Shown: positions 30,701 to 44,314 of the stretch, one piece after another
Layout: each line of letters opens with the position of its first letter
How positions within the stretch are numbered: position 1 is the stretch's first letter
Assembly (NCBI GenBank): GCA_964057225.1
Contig: OZ059900.1
Span: 1,302,001-1,366,000 of the forward strand
DNA: 64,000 bases
Origin: Auanema rhodensis
Lineage: Eukaryota; Animalia; Nematoda
Direction of reading: 5' to 3'
The notes under the pieces: model-generated
Told to the model about the DNA's origin: nothing
Seen by the model: only the letters and a program-made list of their open reading frames with translations
Databases searched by the model: none
Translations under genes and position numbers: made by a program

Positions 30701-33572
30701 ACAATAAAACTATGCTTCTGATCATATATATGAGCGATTTAGCCAAATTAGACTCAAAACTCGTAAATTTCAAAAATTCTTTCTATTTTCGACCTTTTTT
30801 GATCAAAATCAATATATATCAGTGCAAGCTCATAAAAATAGACTGATTTTGTGTATTGTATGTTTGATTCTCAAATCTTAACAAACATGATCAAAATTTA
30901 CGAGTATTACAGATTTTGTACCAAAAATCGGTGAGTATATGGTGTTAAAGGCATAAAAACGACCATACTTAGTGTAGTAATGCTATTTGAGTGAAATTCA
31001 GTGATTTAATCATTACTAGTGTATATTTGAAGACTTTTGTTATCATAGACAGTAAAACTATGCTTTTGATCATATATATGAGCGATTTAGCCCAATTGGA
31101 CTCAAAACTCGGAAAATTCAAAAATTCTTTCTATTTTCGACCTTTTTTGATCAAAATGAATAAATATCAGTGCAAACTCGTGAAAATAAACTCATTTCGT
31201 GTATTGTGTGTTTGATTCTCGAATCTTAACGAATATGATCGAAATTTACGAGTATCACAGATTTTGTACCAAAAATCGGTGAGTATATGGTGTTGAAGGT
31301 ATAAAAACGACCATACTTAGTGTAGTAATGCTATTTGAGCGAAAATCAGTATTTAAACATCATTAGTGTTTAATTAATGACTTTTGTTGTTATAGACAAT
31401 AGAACTATGCTTTTGATCATATATATGAGCGATTTAGCCAAATTGGACTCAAAACTCGGAAATTTCAAAAATTCTTTCTATTTTCGACCTTTTTTGATCA
31501 AAATGAATATATATCAGTGCAAGCTCATAAAAATAGACTGATTTTGTGTATTGTATGTTTGATTCTCAAATCTAAACGAATATGATCAAAATTTACGAGT
31601 ATTACAGATTTTGTACCAAAAATCGGTGAGTATATGGTGTTAAAGGCATAAAAACGACCATACTTAGTGTAGTAAAGCTATTTGAGTGAAATTCAGTGAT
31701 TTACACATTATTAGTGTATATTTGAAGACTTTTGTTATCATAGACAGTAAAACTATGCTTTTGATCATATATATGAGCGATTTAGCCCAATTGGACTCAA
31801 AACTCGGAAAATTCAAAAATTCTTTCTATTTTCGACCTTTTTTGATCAAAATGAATAAATATCAGTGCAAGCTCATAAAAATAGACTGATTTTGTGTATT
31901 GTATGTTTGATTCACAAATCTTAACGAATATGATCAAAACTTACGAGTATTACAGATTTTGTACCAAAAATCGGTGAGTATATGGTGTTAAAGGCATAAA
32001 AACGACCATACTTAGTGTAGTAATGCTATTTGAGCGAAATTCAGTATTTAAACATCACTAGCGTTTAATTGAAGACTTTTGTTGTTATAGACAATAGAAC
32101 TATGCTTTTGATCATATATATGAGCGATTGAGCCAAATTGGACTCAAAACTCGGAAATTTCAAAAATTCTTTCTATTTTCGACCTTTTTTGATCAAAATG
32201 AATATATATCAGTGCAAGCTCATAAAAATAGACTGATTTTGTGTATTGTATGTTTGATTCTCAAATCTAAACGAATATGATCAAAATTTACGAGTATTAC
32301 AGATTTTGTACCAAAAATCGGTGAGTATATGGTGTTAAAGGCATAAAAACGACCATACTTAGTGTAGTAAAGCTATTTGAGTGAAATTCAGTGATTTACA
32401 CATTATTAGTGTATATTTGAAGACTTTTGTCATCATAGACAGTAAAACTATGCTTTTGATCATATATATGAGCGATTTAGCCCAATTGGACTCAAAACTC
32501 GGAAAATTCAAAAATTCTTTCTATTTTCGACCTTTTTTGATCAAAATGAATAAATATCAGTGCAAACTCATAAAAATAGACTTATTTCGTGTATTATGTG
32601 TTTGATTCTCGAATCTTAACGAATATGATCAGAATTTACAAGTATTACAGATTTTGTACCAAAAATCGGTGAGTATATGGTGTTAAAGGCATAAAAACGA
32701 CCATACTTAGTGTAGTAATGCTATTTGAGCGAAATTTAGTGATTTAAACATCATTAGTGTTTAATTAATGGCTTTTGTTGTCATAGACAATAAAACTATG
32801 CTTCTGATCATATATATGAGCGATTTAGCCAAATTAGACTCAAAACTCGTAAATTTCAAAAATTCTTTCTATTTTCGACCTTTTTTGATCAAAATGAATA
32901 TATATCAGTGCAAGCTCATAAAAATAGACTGATTTTGTGTATTGTATGTTTGATTCTCAAATCTTAACGAATATGATCAAAATTTACGAGTATTACAGAT
33001 TTTGTACCAAAAATCGGTGAGTATATGGTGTTAAAGGCATAAAAACGACCATACTTAGTGTAGTAATGCTATTTGAGCGAAATTCAGTATTTAAACATCA
33101 CTAGCGTTTAATTGATGACTTTTGTTGTCATAGACAATGAAACTATGCTTTTGATCATATATATGAGCGATTTAGCCAAATTAGACTCAAAACTCGGAAA
33201 TTTCAAAAATTCTTTCTATTTTCGACCTTTTTTGATCAAAATGAATAAATATCAGTGCAAACTCGTAAAAATAAACTTATTTCGTGTATTGTGTGTTTGA
33301 TTCTCGAATCTCACCGAATATGATCAAAATTTACGAGTATCACAGATTTTGTACCAAAAATCGGTGAGTATATGGTGTTAAAGGCATAAAAACGACCATA
33401 CTTAGTGTAGTAATGCTATTTGAGTGAAATTCAGTATTTAAACATCACTAGCGTTTAATTGATGACTTTTGTTGTTATAGACAATAAAACTATGCTTTTG
33501 ATCATATATATGAGCGATTTAGCCAAATTAGACTCAAAACTCGTAAATTTCAAAAATTCTTTCTATTTTCGA

Positions 33573-33582
33573 CCTTTTTACG
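33573..33582 (-). repeat. 100-bp deletion junction, copy 5 (inverted; mirror of 15268-15277)
   Basis: cctttttacg. Confidence 0.95.
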
Positions 33583-34862
33583 AGTATTACAGATTTTGTA
33601 CCAAAAATCGGTGAGTATATGGTGTTAAAGGCATAAAAACGACCATACTTAGTGTAGTAAAGCTATTTGAGTGAAATTCAGTGATTTACACATTATTAGT
33701 GTATATTTGAAGACTTTTGTTATCATAGACAGTAAAACTATGCTTTTGATCATATATATGAGCGATTTAGCCCAATTGGACTCAAAACTCGGAAAATTCA
33801 AAAATTCTTTCTATTTTCGACCTTTTTTGATCAAAATGAATAAATATCAGTGCAAACTCATAAAAATAGACTTATTTCGTGTATTATGTGTTTGATTCTC
33901 GAATCTTAACGAATATGATCAAAATTTACAAGTATTACAGATTTTGTACCAAAAATCGGTGAGTATATGGTGTTAAAGGCATAAAAACGACCATACTTAG
34001 TGTAGTAATGCTATTTGAGCGAAATTTAGTGATTTAAACATCATTAGTGTTTAATTAATGGCTTTTGTTGTCATAGACAATAAAACTATGCTTCTGATCA
34101 TATATATGAGCGATTTAGCCAAATTAGACTCAAAACTCGTAAATTTCAAAAATTCTTTCTATTTTCGACCTTTTTTGATCAAAATGAATATATATCAGTG
34201 CAAGCTCATAAAAATAGACTGATTTTGTGTATTGTATGTTTGATTCTCAAATCTTAACGAATATGATCAAAATTTACGAGTATTACAGATTTTGTACCAA
34301 AAATCGGTGAGTATATGGTGTTAAAGGCATAAAAACGACCATACTTAGTGTAGTAATGCTATTTGAGCGAAATTCAGTATTTAAACATCACTAGCGTTTA
34401 ATTGATGACTTTTGTTGTCATAGACAATGAAACTATGCTTTTGATCATATATATGAGCGATTTAGCCAAATTAGACTCAAAACTCGGAAATTTCAAAAAT
34501 TCTTTCTATTTTCGACCTTTTTTGATCAAAATGAATAAATATCAGTGCAAACTCGTAAAAATAAACTTATTTCGTGTATTGTGTGTTTGATTCTCGAATC
34601 TCACCGAATATGATCAAAATTTACGAGTATCACAGATTTTGTACCAAAAATCGGTGAGTATATGGTGTTAAAGGCATAAAAACGACCATACTTAGTGTAG
34701 TAATGCTATTTGAGTGAAATTCAGTATTTAAACATCACTAGCGTTTAATTGATGACTTTTGTTGTTATAGACAATAAAACTATGCTTTTGATCATATATA
34801 TGAGCGATTTAGCCAAATTAGACTCAAAACTCGTAAATTTCAAAAATTCTTTCTATTTTCGA

Positions 34863-34872
34863 CCTTTTTACG
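34863..34872 (-). repeat. 100-bp deletion junction, copy 6 (inverted; mirror of 13978-13987)
   Basis: cctttttacg. Confidence 0.95.
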
Positions 34873-37800
34873 AGTATTACAGATTTTGTACCAAAAATCG
34901 GTGAGTATATGGTGTTAAAGGCATAAAAACGACCATACTTTGTGTAGTAAAGCTATTTGAGTGAAATTCAGTGATTTACACATTATTAGTGTATATTTGA
35001 AGACTTTTGTTATCATAGACAGTAAAACTATGCTTTTGATCATATATATGAGCGATTTAGCCCAATTGGACTCAAAACTCGGAAAATTCAAAAATTCTTT
35101 CTATTTTCGACCTTTTTTGATCAAAATGAATAAATATCAGTGCAAACTCATAAAAATAGACTTTTTTCGTGTATTATGTGTTTGATTCTCGAATCTTAAC
35201 GAATATGATCAAAATTTACAAGTATTACAGATTTTGTACCAAAAATCGGTGAGTATATGGTGTTAAAGGCATAAAAACGACCATACTTAGTGTAGTAATG
35301 CTATTTGAGCGAAATTTAGTGATTTAAACATCATTAGTGTTTAATTAATGACTTTTGTTGTCATAGACAATAAAACTATGCTTCTGATCATATATATGAG
35401 CGATTTAGCCAAATTAGACTCAAAACTCGTAAATTTCAAAAATTCTTTCTATTTTCGACCTTTTTTGATCAAAATGAATATATATCAGTGCAAGCTCATA
35501 AAAATAGACTTTTTTCGTGTATTATGTGTTTGATTCTCGAATCTTAACGAATATGATCAAAATTTACAAGTATTACAGATTTTGTACCAAAAATCGGTGA
35601 GTATATGGTGTTAAAGGCACAAAAACGACCATACTTAGTGTAGTAATGCTATTTGAGCGAAAATCAGTATTTAAACATCACTAGCGTTTAATTGATGATT
35701 TTTGTTGTCATAGACAATAAAACTATGCTTCTGATCATATATATGAGCGATTTAGCCAAATTAGACTCAAAACTCGTAAATTTCAAAAATTCTTTCTATT
35801 TTCGACCTTTTTTGATCAAAATGAATATATATCAGTGCAAGCTCATAAAAATAGACTGATTTCGTGTATTGTATGTTTGATTCTCAAATCTTAACGAATA
35901 TGATCAAAATTTACGAGTATTACAGATTTTGTACCAAAAATCGGTGAGTATATGGTGTTAAAGGCATAAAAACGACCATACTTAGTGTAGTAATGCTATT
36001 TGAGCGAAATTCAGTATTAAAACATCACTAGCGTTTAATTGAAGACTTTTGTTGTTATAGACAATAGAACTATGCTTTTGATCATATATATGAGCGATTT
36101 AGCCAAATTGGACTCAAAACTCGGAAATTTCAAAAATTCTTTCTATTTTCGACCTTTTTTGATCAAAATGAATAAATATCAGTGCAAACTTGTAAAAATA
36201 GACTTATTTCGTGTATTATGTGTTTGATTCTCAAATCTTAACGAATATGATCGAAATTTACAAGTATTACAGATTTTGTACCAAAAATCGGTGAGTATAT
36301 GGTGTTAAAGGCATAAAAACGACCATACTTAGTGTAGTAAAGCTATTTGAGTGAAATTCAGTGATTTACACATTATTAGTGTATATTTGAAGACTTTTGT
36401 TATCATAGACAGTAAAACTATGCTTTTGATCATATATATGAGCGATTTAGCCAAATTGGACTCAAAACTCGGAAATTTCAAAAATTCTTTCTATTTTCGA
36501 CCTTTTTTGATCAAAATGAATATATATCAGTGCAAGCTCATAAAAATAGACTGATTTTGTGTATTGTATGTTTGATTCTCAAATCTAAACGAATATGATC
36601 AAAATTTACGAGTATTACAGATTTTGTACCAAAAATCGGTGAGTATATGGTGTTAAAGGCATAAAAACGACCATACTTAGTGTAGTAAAGCTATTTGAGT
36701 GAAATTCAGTGATTTACACATTATTAGTGTATATTTGAAGACTTTTGTTATCATAGACAGTAAAACTATGCTTTTGATCATATATATGAGCGATTAAGCC
36801 CAATTGGACTCAAAACTCGGAAAATTCAAAAATTCTTTCTATTTTCGACCTTTTTTGATCAAAATGAATAAATATCAGTGCAAACTCATAAAAATAGACT
36901 TATTTCGTGTATTATGTGTTTGATTCTCGAATCTTAACGAATATGATCAAAATTTACAAGTATTACAGATTTTGTACCAAAAATCGGTGAGTATATGGTG
37001 TTAAAGGCATAAAAACGACCATACTTAGTGTAGTAATGCTATTTGAGCGAAATTCAGTATTTAAACATCACTAGCGTTTAATTGAAGACTTTTGTTGTTA
37101 TAGACAATAGAACTATGCTTTTGATCATATATATGAGCGATTTAGCCAAATTGGACTCAAAACTCGGAAATTTCAAAAATTCTTTCTATTTTCGACCTTT
37201 TTTGATCAAAATGAATATATATCAGTGCAAGCTCATAAAAATAGACTGATTTTGTGTATTGTATGTTTGATTCTCAAATCTAAACGAATATGATCAAAAT
37301 TTACGAGTATTACAGATTTTGTACCAAAAATCGGTGAGTATATGGTGTTAAAGGCATAAAAACGACCATACTTAGTGTAGTAAAGCTATTTGAGTGAAAT
37401 TCAGTGATTTACACATTATTAGTGTATATTTGAAGACTTTTGTTATCATAGACAGTAAAACTATGCTTTTGATCATATATATGAGCGATTTAGCCCAATT
37501 GGACTCAAAACTCGGAAAATTCAAAAATTCTTTCTATTTTCGACCTTTTTTGATCAAAATGAATAAATATCAGTGCAAACTCATAAAAATAGACTTATTT
37601 CGTGTATTATGTGTTTGATTCTCGAATCTTAACGAATATGATCAAAATTTACAAGTATTACAGATTTTGTACCAAAAATCGGTGAGTATATGGTGTTAAA
37701 GGCATAAAAACGACCATACTTAGTGTAGTAATGCTATTTGAGCGAAATTTAGTGATTTAAACATCATTAGTGTTTAATTAATGGCTTTTGTTGTCATAGA

Positions 37801-39630
37801 CAATAAAACTATGCTTCTGATCATATATATGAGCGATTTAGCCAAATTAGACTCAAAACTCGTAAATTTCAAAAATTCTTTCTATTTTCGACCTTTTTTG
37901 ATCAAAATGAATATATATCAGTGCAAGCTCATAAAAATAGACTGATTTTGTGTATTGTATGTTTGATTCTCAAATCTTAACGAATATGATCAAAATTTAC
38001 GAGTATTACAGATTTTGTACCAAAAATCGGTGAGTATATGGTGTTAAAGGCATAAAAACGACCATACTTAGTGTAGTAATGCTATTTGAGCGAAATTTAG
38101 TGATTTAAACATCATTAGTGTTTAATTAATGGCTTTTGTTGTCATAGACAATAAAACTATGCTTCTGATCATATATATGAGCGATTTAGCCAAATTAGAC
38201 TCAAAACTCGTAAATTTCAAAAATTCTTTCTATTTTCGACCTTTTTTGATCAAAATGAATATATATCAGTGCAAGCTCATAAAAATAGACTGATTTTGTG
38301 TATTGTATGTTTGATTCTCAAATCTTAACGAATATGATCAAAATTTACGAGTATTACAGATTTTGTACCAAAAATCGGTGAGTATATGGTGTTAAAGGCA
38401 TAAAAACGACCATACTTAGTGTAGTAAAGCTATTTGAGTGAAATTCAGTGATTTACACATTATTAGTGTATATTTGAAGACTTTTGTTATCATAGACAGT
38501 AAAACTATGCTTTTGATCATATATATGAGCGATTTAGCCCAATTGGACTCAAAACTCGGAAAATTCAAAAATTCTTTCTATTTTCGACCTTTTTTGATCA
38601 AAATGAATAAATATCAGTGCAAACTCATAAAAATAGACTTATTTCGTGTATTATGTGTTTGATTCTCGAATCTTAACGAATATGATCAAAATTTACAAGT
38701 ATTACAGATTTTGTACCAAAAATCGGTGAGTATATGGTGTTAAAGGCATAAAAACGACCATACTTAGTGTAGTAATGCTATTTGAGCGAAATTTAGTGAT
38801 TTAAACATCATTAGTGTTTAATTAATGGCTTTTGTTGTCATAGACAATAAAACTATGCTTCTGATCATATATATGAGCGATTTAGCCCAATTGGACTCAA
38901 AACTCGGAAAATTCAAAAATTCTTTCTATTTTCGACCTTTTTTGATCAAAATGAATAAATATCAGTGCAAACTCATAAAAATAGACTTATTTCGTGTATT
39001 ATGTGTTTGATTCTCGAGTCTTAACGAATATGATCAAAATTTACAAGTATTACAGATTTTGTACCAAAAATCGGTGAGTATATGGTGTTAAAGGCATAAA
39101 AACGACCATACTTAGTGTAGTAATGCTATTTGAGCGAAATTTAGTGATTTAAACATCATTAGTGTTTAATTAATGGCTTTTGTTGTCATAGACAATGAAA
39201 CTATGCTTTTGATCATATATATGAGCGATTTAGCCAAATTAGACTCAAAACTCGGAAATTTCAAAAATTCTTTCTATTTTCGACCTTTTTTGATCAAAAT
39301 GAATAAATATCAGTGCAAACTCGTAAAAATAAACTTATTTCGTGTATTGTGTGTTTGATTCTCGAATCTCACCGAATATGATCAAAATTTACGAGTATCA
39401 CAGATTTTGTACCAAAAATCGGTGAGTATATGGTGTTAAAGGCATAAAAACGACCATACTTAGTGTAGTAATGCTATTTGAGTGAAATTCAGTATTTAAA
39501 CATCACTAGCGTTTAATTGATGACTTTTGTTGTTATAGACAATAAAACTATGCTTTTGATCATATATATGAGCGATTTAGCCAAATTAGACTCAAAACTC
39601 GTAAATTTCAAAAATTCTTTCTATTTTCGA

Positions 39631-39640
39631 CCTTTTTACG
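39631..39640 (-). repeat. 100-bp deletion junction, copy 7 (inverted; mirror of 44305-44314)
   Basis: cctttttacg. Confidence 0.95.
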
Positions 39641-40920
39641 AGTATTACAGATTTTGTACCAAAAATCGGTGAGTATATGGTGTTAAAGGCATAAAAACGA
39701 CCATACTTAGTGTAGTAAAGCTATTTGAGTGAAATTCAGTGATTTACACATTATTAGTGTATATTTGAAGACTTTTGTTATCATAGACAGTAAAACTATG
39801 CTTTTGATCATATATATGAGCGATTTAGCCCAATTGGACTCAAAACTCGGAAAATTCAAAAATTCTTTCTATTTTCGACCTTTTTTGATCAAAATGAATA
39901 AATATCAGTGCAAACTCATAAAAATAGACTTTTTTCGTGTATTATGTGTTTGATTCTCGAATCTTAACGAATATGATCAAAATTTACAAGTATTACAGAT
40001 TTTGTACCAAAAATCGGTGAGTATATGGTGTTAAAGGCATAAAAACGACCATACTTAGTGTAGTAATGCTATTTGAGCGAAATTTAGTGATTTAAACATC
40101 ATTAGTGTTTAATTAATGACTTTTGTTGTCATAGACAATAAAACTATGCTTCTGATCATATATATGAGCGATTTAGCCAAATTAGACTCAAAACTCGTAA
40201 ATTTCAAAAATTCTTTCTATTTTCGACCTTTTTTGATCAAAATGAATATATATCAGTGCAAGCTCATAAAAATAGACTTTTTTCGTGTATTATGTGTTTG
40301 ATTCTCGAATCTTAACGAATATGATCAAAATTTACAAGTATTACAGATTTTGTACCAAAAATCGGTGAGTATATGGTGTTAAAGGCATAAAAACGACCAT
40401 ACTTAGTGTAGTAATGCTATTTGAGCGAAATTCAGTATTTAAACATCACTAGCGTTTAATTGATGACTTTTGTTGTCATAGACAATGAAACTATGCTTTT
40501 GATCATATATATGAGCGATTTAGCCAAATTAGACTCAAAACTCGGAAATTTCAAAAATTCTTTCTATTTTCGACCTTTTTTGATCAAAATGAATAAATAT
40601 CAGTGCAAACTCGTAAAAATAAACTTATTTCGTGTATTGTGTGTTTGATTCTCGAATCTCACCGAATATGATCAAAATTTACGAGTATCACAGATTTTGT
40701 ACCAAAAATCGGTGAGTATATGGTGTTAAAGGCATAAAAACGACCATACTTAGTGTAGTAATGCTATTTGAGTGAAATTCAGTATTTAAACATCACTAGC
40801 GTTTAATTGATGACTTTTGTTGTTATAGACAATAAAACTATGCTTTTGATCATATATATGAGCGATTTAGCCAAATTAGACTCAAAACTCGTAAATTTCA
40901 AAAATTCTTTCTATTTTCGA

Positions 40921-40930
40921 CCTTTTTACG
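40921..40930 (-). repeat. 100-bp deletion junction, copy 8 (inverted; mirror of 43015-43024)
   Basis: cctttttacg. Confidence 0.95.
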
Positions 40931-41144
40931 AGTATTACAGATTTTGTACCAAAAATCGGTGAGTATATGGTGTTAAAGGCATAAAAACGACCATACTTAG
41001 TGTAGTAAAGCTATTTGAGTGAAATTCAGTGATTTACACATTATTAGTGTATATTTGAAGACTTTTGTTATCATAGACAGTAAAACTATGCTTTTGATCA
41101 TATATATGAGCGATTTAGCCCAATTGGACTCAAAACTCGGAAAA

Positions 41145-41177
41145 TTCAAAAATTCAAACGCTAGTGATGTTTTAATA
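41145..41177. other. Right inversion junction (41155/41156), essentially blunt
   Basis: The sequence is ttcaaaaattc|aaacgctagtgatg. A reverse monomer would continue tttctatt, and the forward monomer is normally preceded by caatt (imperfect AATT homology with one extra C). Confidence 0.92.
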
Positions 41178-43014
41178 CTGAATTTCGCTCAAATAGCATT
41201 ACTACACTAAGTATGGTCGTTTTTATGCCTTTAACACCATATACTCACCGATTTTTGGTACAAAATCTGTAATACTTGTAAATTTTGATCATATTCGTTA
41301 AGATTCGAGAATCAAACACATAATACACGAAAAAAGTCTATTTTTATGAGTTTGCACTGATATTTATTCATTTTGATCAAAAAAGGTCGAAAATAGAAAG
41401 AATTTTTGAATTTTCCGAGTTTTGAGTCCAATTGGGCTAAATCGCTCATATATATGATCAAAAGCATAGTTTTACTGTCTATGATAACAAAAGTCTTCAA
41501 ATATACACTAATAATGTGTAAATCACTGAATTTCACTCAAATAGCTTTACTACACTAAGTATGGTCGTTTTTATGCCTTTAACACCATATACTCACCGAT
41601 TTTTGGTACAAAATCTGTAATACTTGTAAATTTCGATCATATTCGTTAAGATTTGAGAATCAAACACATAATACACGAAATAAGTCTATTTTTACAAGTT
41701 TGCACTGATATTTATTCATTTTGATCAAAAAAGGTCGAAAATAGAAAGAATTTTTGAAATTTCCGAGTTTTGAGTCCAATTTGGCTAAATCGCTCATATA
41801 TATGATCAAAAGCATAGTTCTATTGTCTATAACAACAAAAGTCTTCAATTAAACGCTAGTGATGTTTTAATACTGAATTTCGCTCAAATAGCATTACTAC
41901 ACTAAGTATGGTCGTTTTTATGCCTTTAACACCATATACTCACCGATTTTTGGTACAAAATCTGTAATACTCGTAAATTTTGATCATATTCGTTAAGATT
42001 TGAGAATCAAACATACAATACACGAAATCAGTCTATTTTTATGAGCTTGCACTGATATATATTCATTTTGATCAAAAAAGGTCGAAAATAGAAAGAATTT
42101 TTGAAATTTACGAGTTTTGAGTCTAATTTGGCTAAATCGCTCATATATATGATCAGAAGCATAGTTTTATTGTCTATGACAACAAAAATCATCAATTAAA
42201 CGCTAGTGATGTTTAAATACTGATTTTCGCTCAAATAGCATTACTACACTAAGTATGGTCGTTTTTGTGCCTTTAACACCATATACTCACCGATTTTTGG
42301 TACAAAATCTGTAATACTTGTAAATTTTGATCATATTCGTTAAGATTCGAGAATCAAACACATAATACACAAAAAAAGTCTATTTTTATGAGCTTGCACT
42401 GATATATATTCATTTTGATCAAAAAAGGTCGAAAATAGAAAGAATTATTGAAATTTACGAGTTTTGAGTCTAATTTGGCTAAATCGCTCATATATATGAT
42501 CAGAAGCATAGTTTTATTGTCTATGACAACAAAAGTCATTAATTAAACACTAATGATGTTTAAATCACTAAATTTCGCTCAAATAGCATTACTACACTAA
42601 GTATGGTCGTTTTTATGCCTTTAACACCATATACTCACCGATTTTTGGTACAAAATCTGTAATACTTGTAAATTTTGATCATATTCGTTAAGATTCGAGA
42701 ATCAAACACATAATACACGAAAAAAGTCTATTTTTATGAGTTTGCACTGATATTTATTCATTTTGATCAAAAAAGGTCGAAAATAGAAAGAATTTTTGAA
42801 TTTTCCGAGTTTTGAGTCCAATTGGGCTAAATCGCTCATATATATGATCAAAAGCATAGTTTTACTGTCTATGATAACAAAAGTCTTCAAATATACACTA
42901 ATAATGTGTAAATCACTGAATTTCACTCAAATAGCTTTACTACACTAAGTATGGTCGTTTTTATGCCTTTAACACCATATACTCACCGATTTTTGGTACA
43001 AAATCTGTAATACT

Positions 43015-43024
43015 CGTAAAAAGG
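43015..43024 (+). repeat. 100-bp deletion junction, copy 9
   Basis: cgtaaaaagg; 42702->43297 = 595. Confidence 0.95.
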
Positions 43025-44304
43025 TCGAAAATAGAAAGAATTTTTGAAATTTACGAGTTTTGAGTCTAATTTGGCTAAATCGCTCATATATATGATCAAA
43101 AGCATAGTTTTATTGTCTATAACAACAAAAGTCATCAATTAAACGCTAGTGATGTTTAAATACTGAATTTCACTCAAATAGCATTACTACACTAAGTATG
43201 GTCGTTTTTATGCCTTTAACACCATATACTCACCGATTTTTGGTACAAAATCTGTGATACTCGTAAATTTTGATCATATTCGGTGAGATTCGAGAATCAA
43301 ACACACAATACACGAAATAAGTTTATTTTTACGAGTTTGCACTGATATTTATTCATTTTGATCAAAAAAGGTCGAAAATAGAAAGAATTTTTGAAATTTC
43401 CGAGTTTTGAGTCTAATTTGGCTAAATCGCTCATATATATGATCAAAAGCATAGTTTCATTGTCTATGACAACAAAAGTCATCAATTAAACGCTAGTGAT
43501 GTTTAAATACTGAATTTCGCTCAAATAGCATTACTACACTAAGTATGGTCGTTTTTATGCCTTTAACACCATATACTCACCGATTTTTGGTACAAAATCT
43601 GTAATACTTGTAAATTTTGATCATATTCGTTAAGATTCGAGAATCAAACACATAATACACGAAAAAAGTCTATTTTTATGAGCTTGCACTGATATATATT
43701 CATTTTGATCAAAAAAGGTCGAAAATAGAAAGAATTTTTGAAATTTACGAGTTTTGAGTCTAATTTGGCTAAATCGCTCATATATATGATCAGAAGCATA
43801 GTTTTATTGTCTATGACAACAAAAGTCATTAATTAAACACTAATGATGTTTAAATCACTAAATTTCGCTCAAATAGCATTACTACACTAAGTATGGTCGT
43901 TTTTATGCCTTTAACACCATATACTCACCGATTTTTGGTACAAAATCTGTAATACTTGTAAATTTTGATCATATTCGTTAAGATTCGAGAATCAAACACA
44001 TAATACACGAAAAAAGTCTATTTTTATGAGTTTGCACTGATATTTATTCATTTTGATCAAAAAAGGTCGAAAATAGAAAGAATTTTTGAATTTTCCGAGT
44101 TTTGAGTCCAATTGGGCTAAATCGCTCATATATATGATCAAAAGCATAGTTTTACTGTCTATGATAACAAAAGTCTTCAAATATACACTAATAATGTGTA
44201 AATCACTGAATTTCACTCAAATAGCTTTACTACACTAAGTATGGTCGTTTTTATGCCTTTAACACCATATACTCACCGATTTTTGGTACAAAATCTGTAA
44301 TACT

Positions 44305-44314
44305 CGTAAAAAGG
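44305..44314 (+). repeat. 100-bp deletion junction, copy 10
   Basis: cgtaaaaagg; 43992->44587 = 595. Confidence 0.95.

Larger units (their letters stand above)
11796..37054. repeat. Long inverted repeat: arms ~11796-22944 and ~25906-37054 (~11.15 kb each), spacer ~2.96 kb
   Basis: 21 same-type ORF pairs have mirror coordinates summing to 48850 (e.g. 12296+36554, 16961+31889, 22499+26351). Rare variants mirror exactly at 12054/36796, 13909/34941, 16218/32632 and 16720/32130, as do the deletion junctions 13978/34872 and 15268/33582. Confidence 0.93.
24750..41155 (-). repeat. Satellite block 2: 16.4 kb segment of the same satellite in inverted orientation
   Basis: Monomers read ...caaaaattctttctattttcgacc... 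(reverse complement) and track ORFs switch to + from 24774 to 41019. The block starts tattaaaacatcactagcg (24750) and ends ggaaaattcaaaaattc (41155). Confidence 0.98.

Noticed and set aside
11796-37054. Palindrome as a pure sequencing fold-back artefact
   Set aside because: Disfavoured but not excluded without reads. The arms differ by at least three SNPs and by whole-monomer indels, the centre is asymmetric, one arm-specific SNP (32431) recurs at 47094, and the two junctions are mutually reciprocal.
24750-41177. Inverted block as a transposon or site-specific invertible element bounded by 22-bp inverted repeats
   Set aside because: The 22-mer is ordinary satellite sequence present in many monomers, and one copy lies inside and one outside the block. 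There is no transposase, recombinase, target-site duplication or non-satellite DNA.
41019-41210. ORF with a novel C-terminus (…NSNASDVLILNFAQIALLH)
   Set aside because: It simply reads across the right inversion junction into the opposite strand of the satellite.
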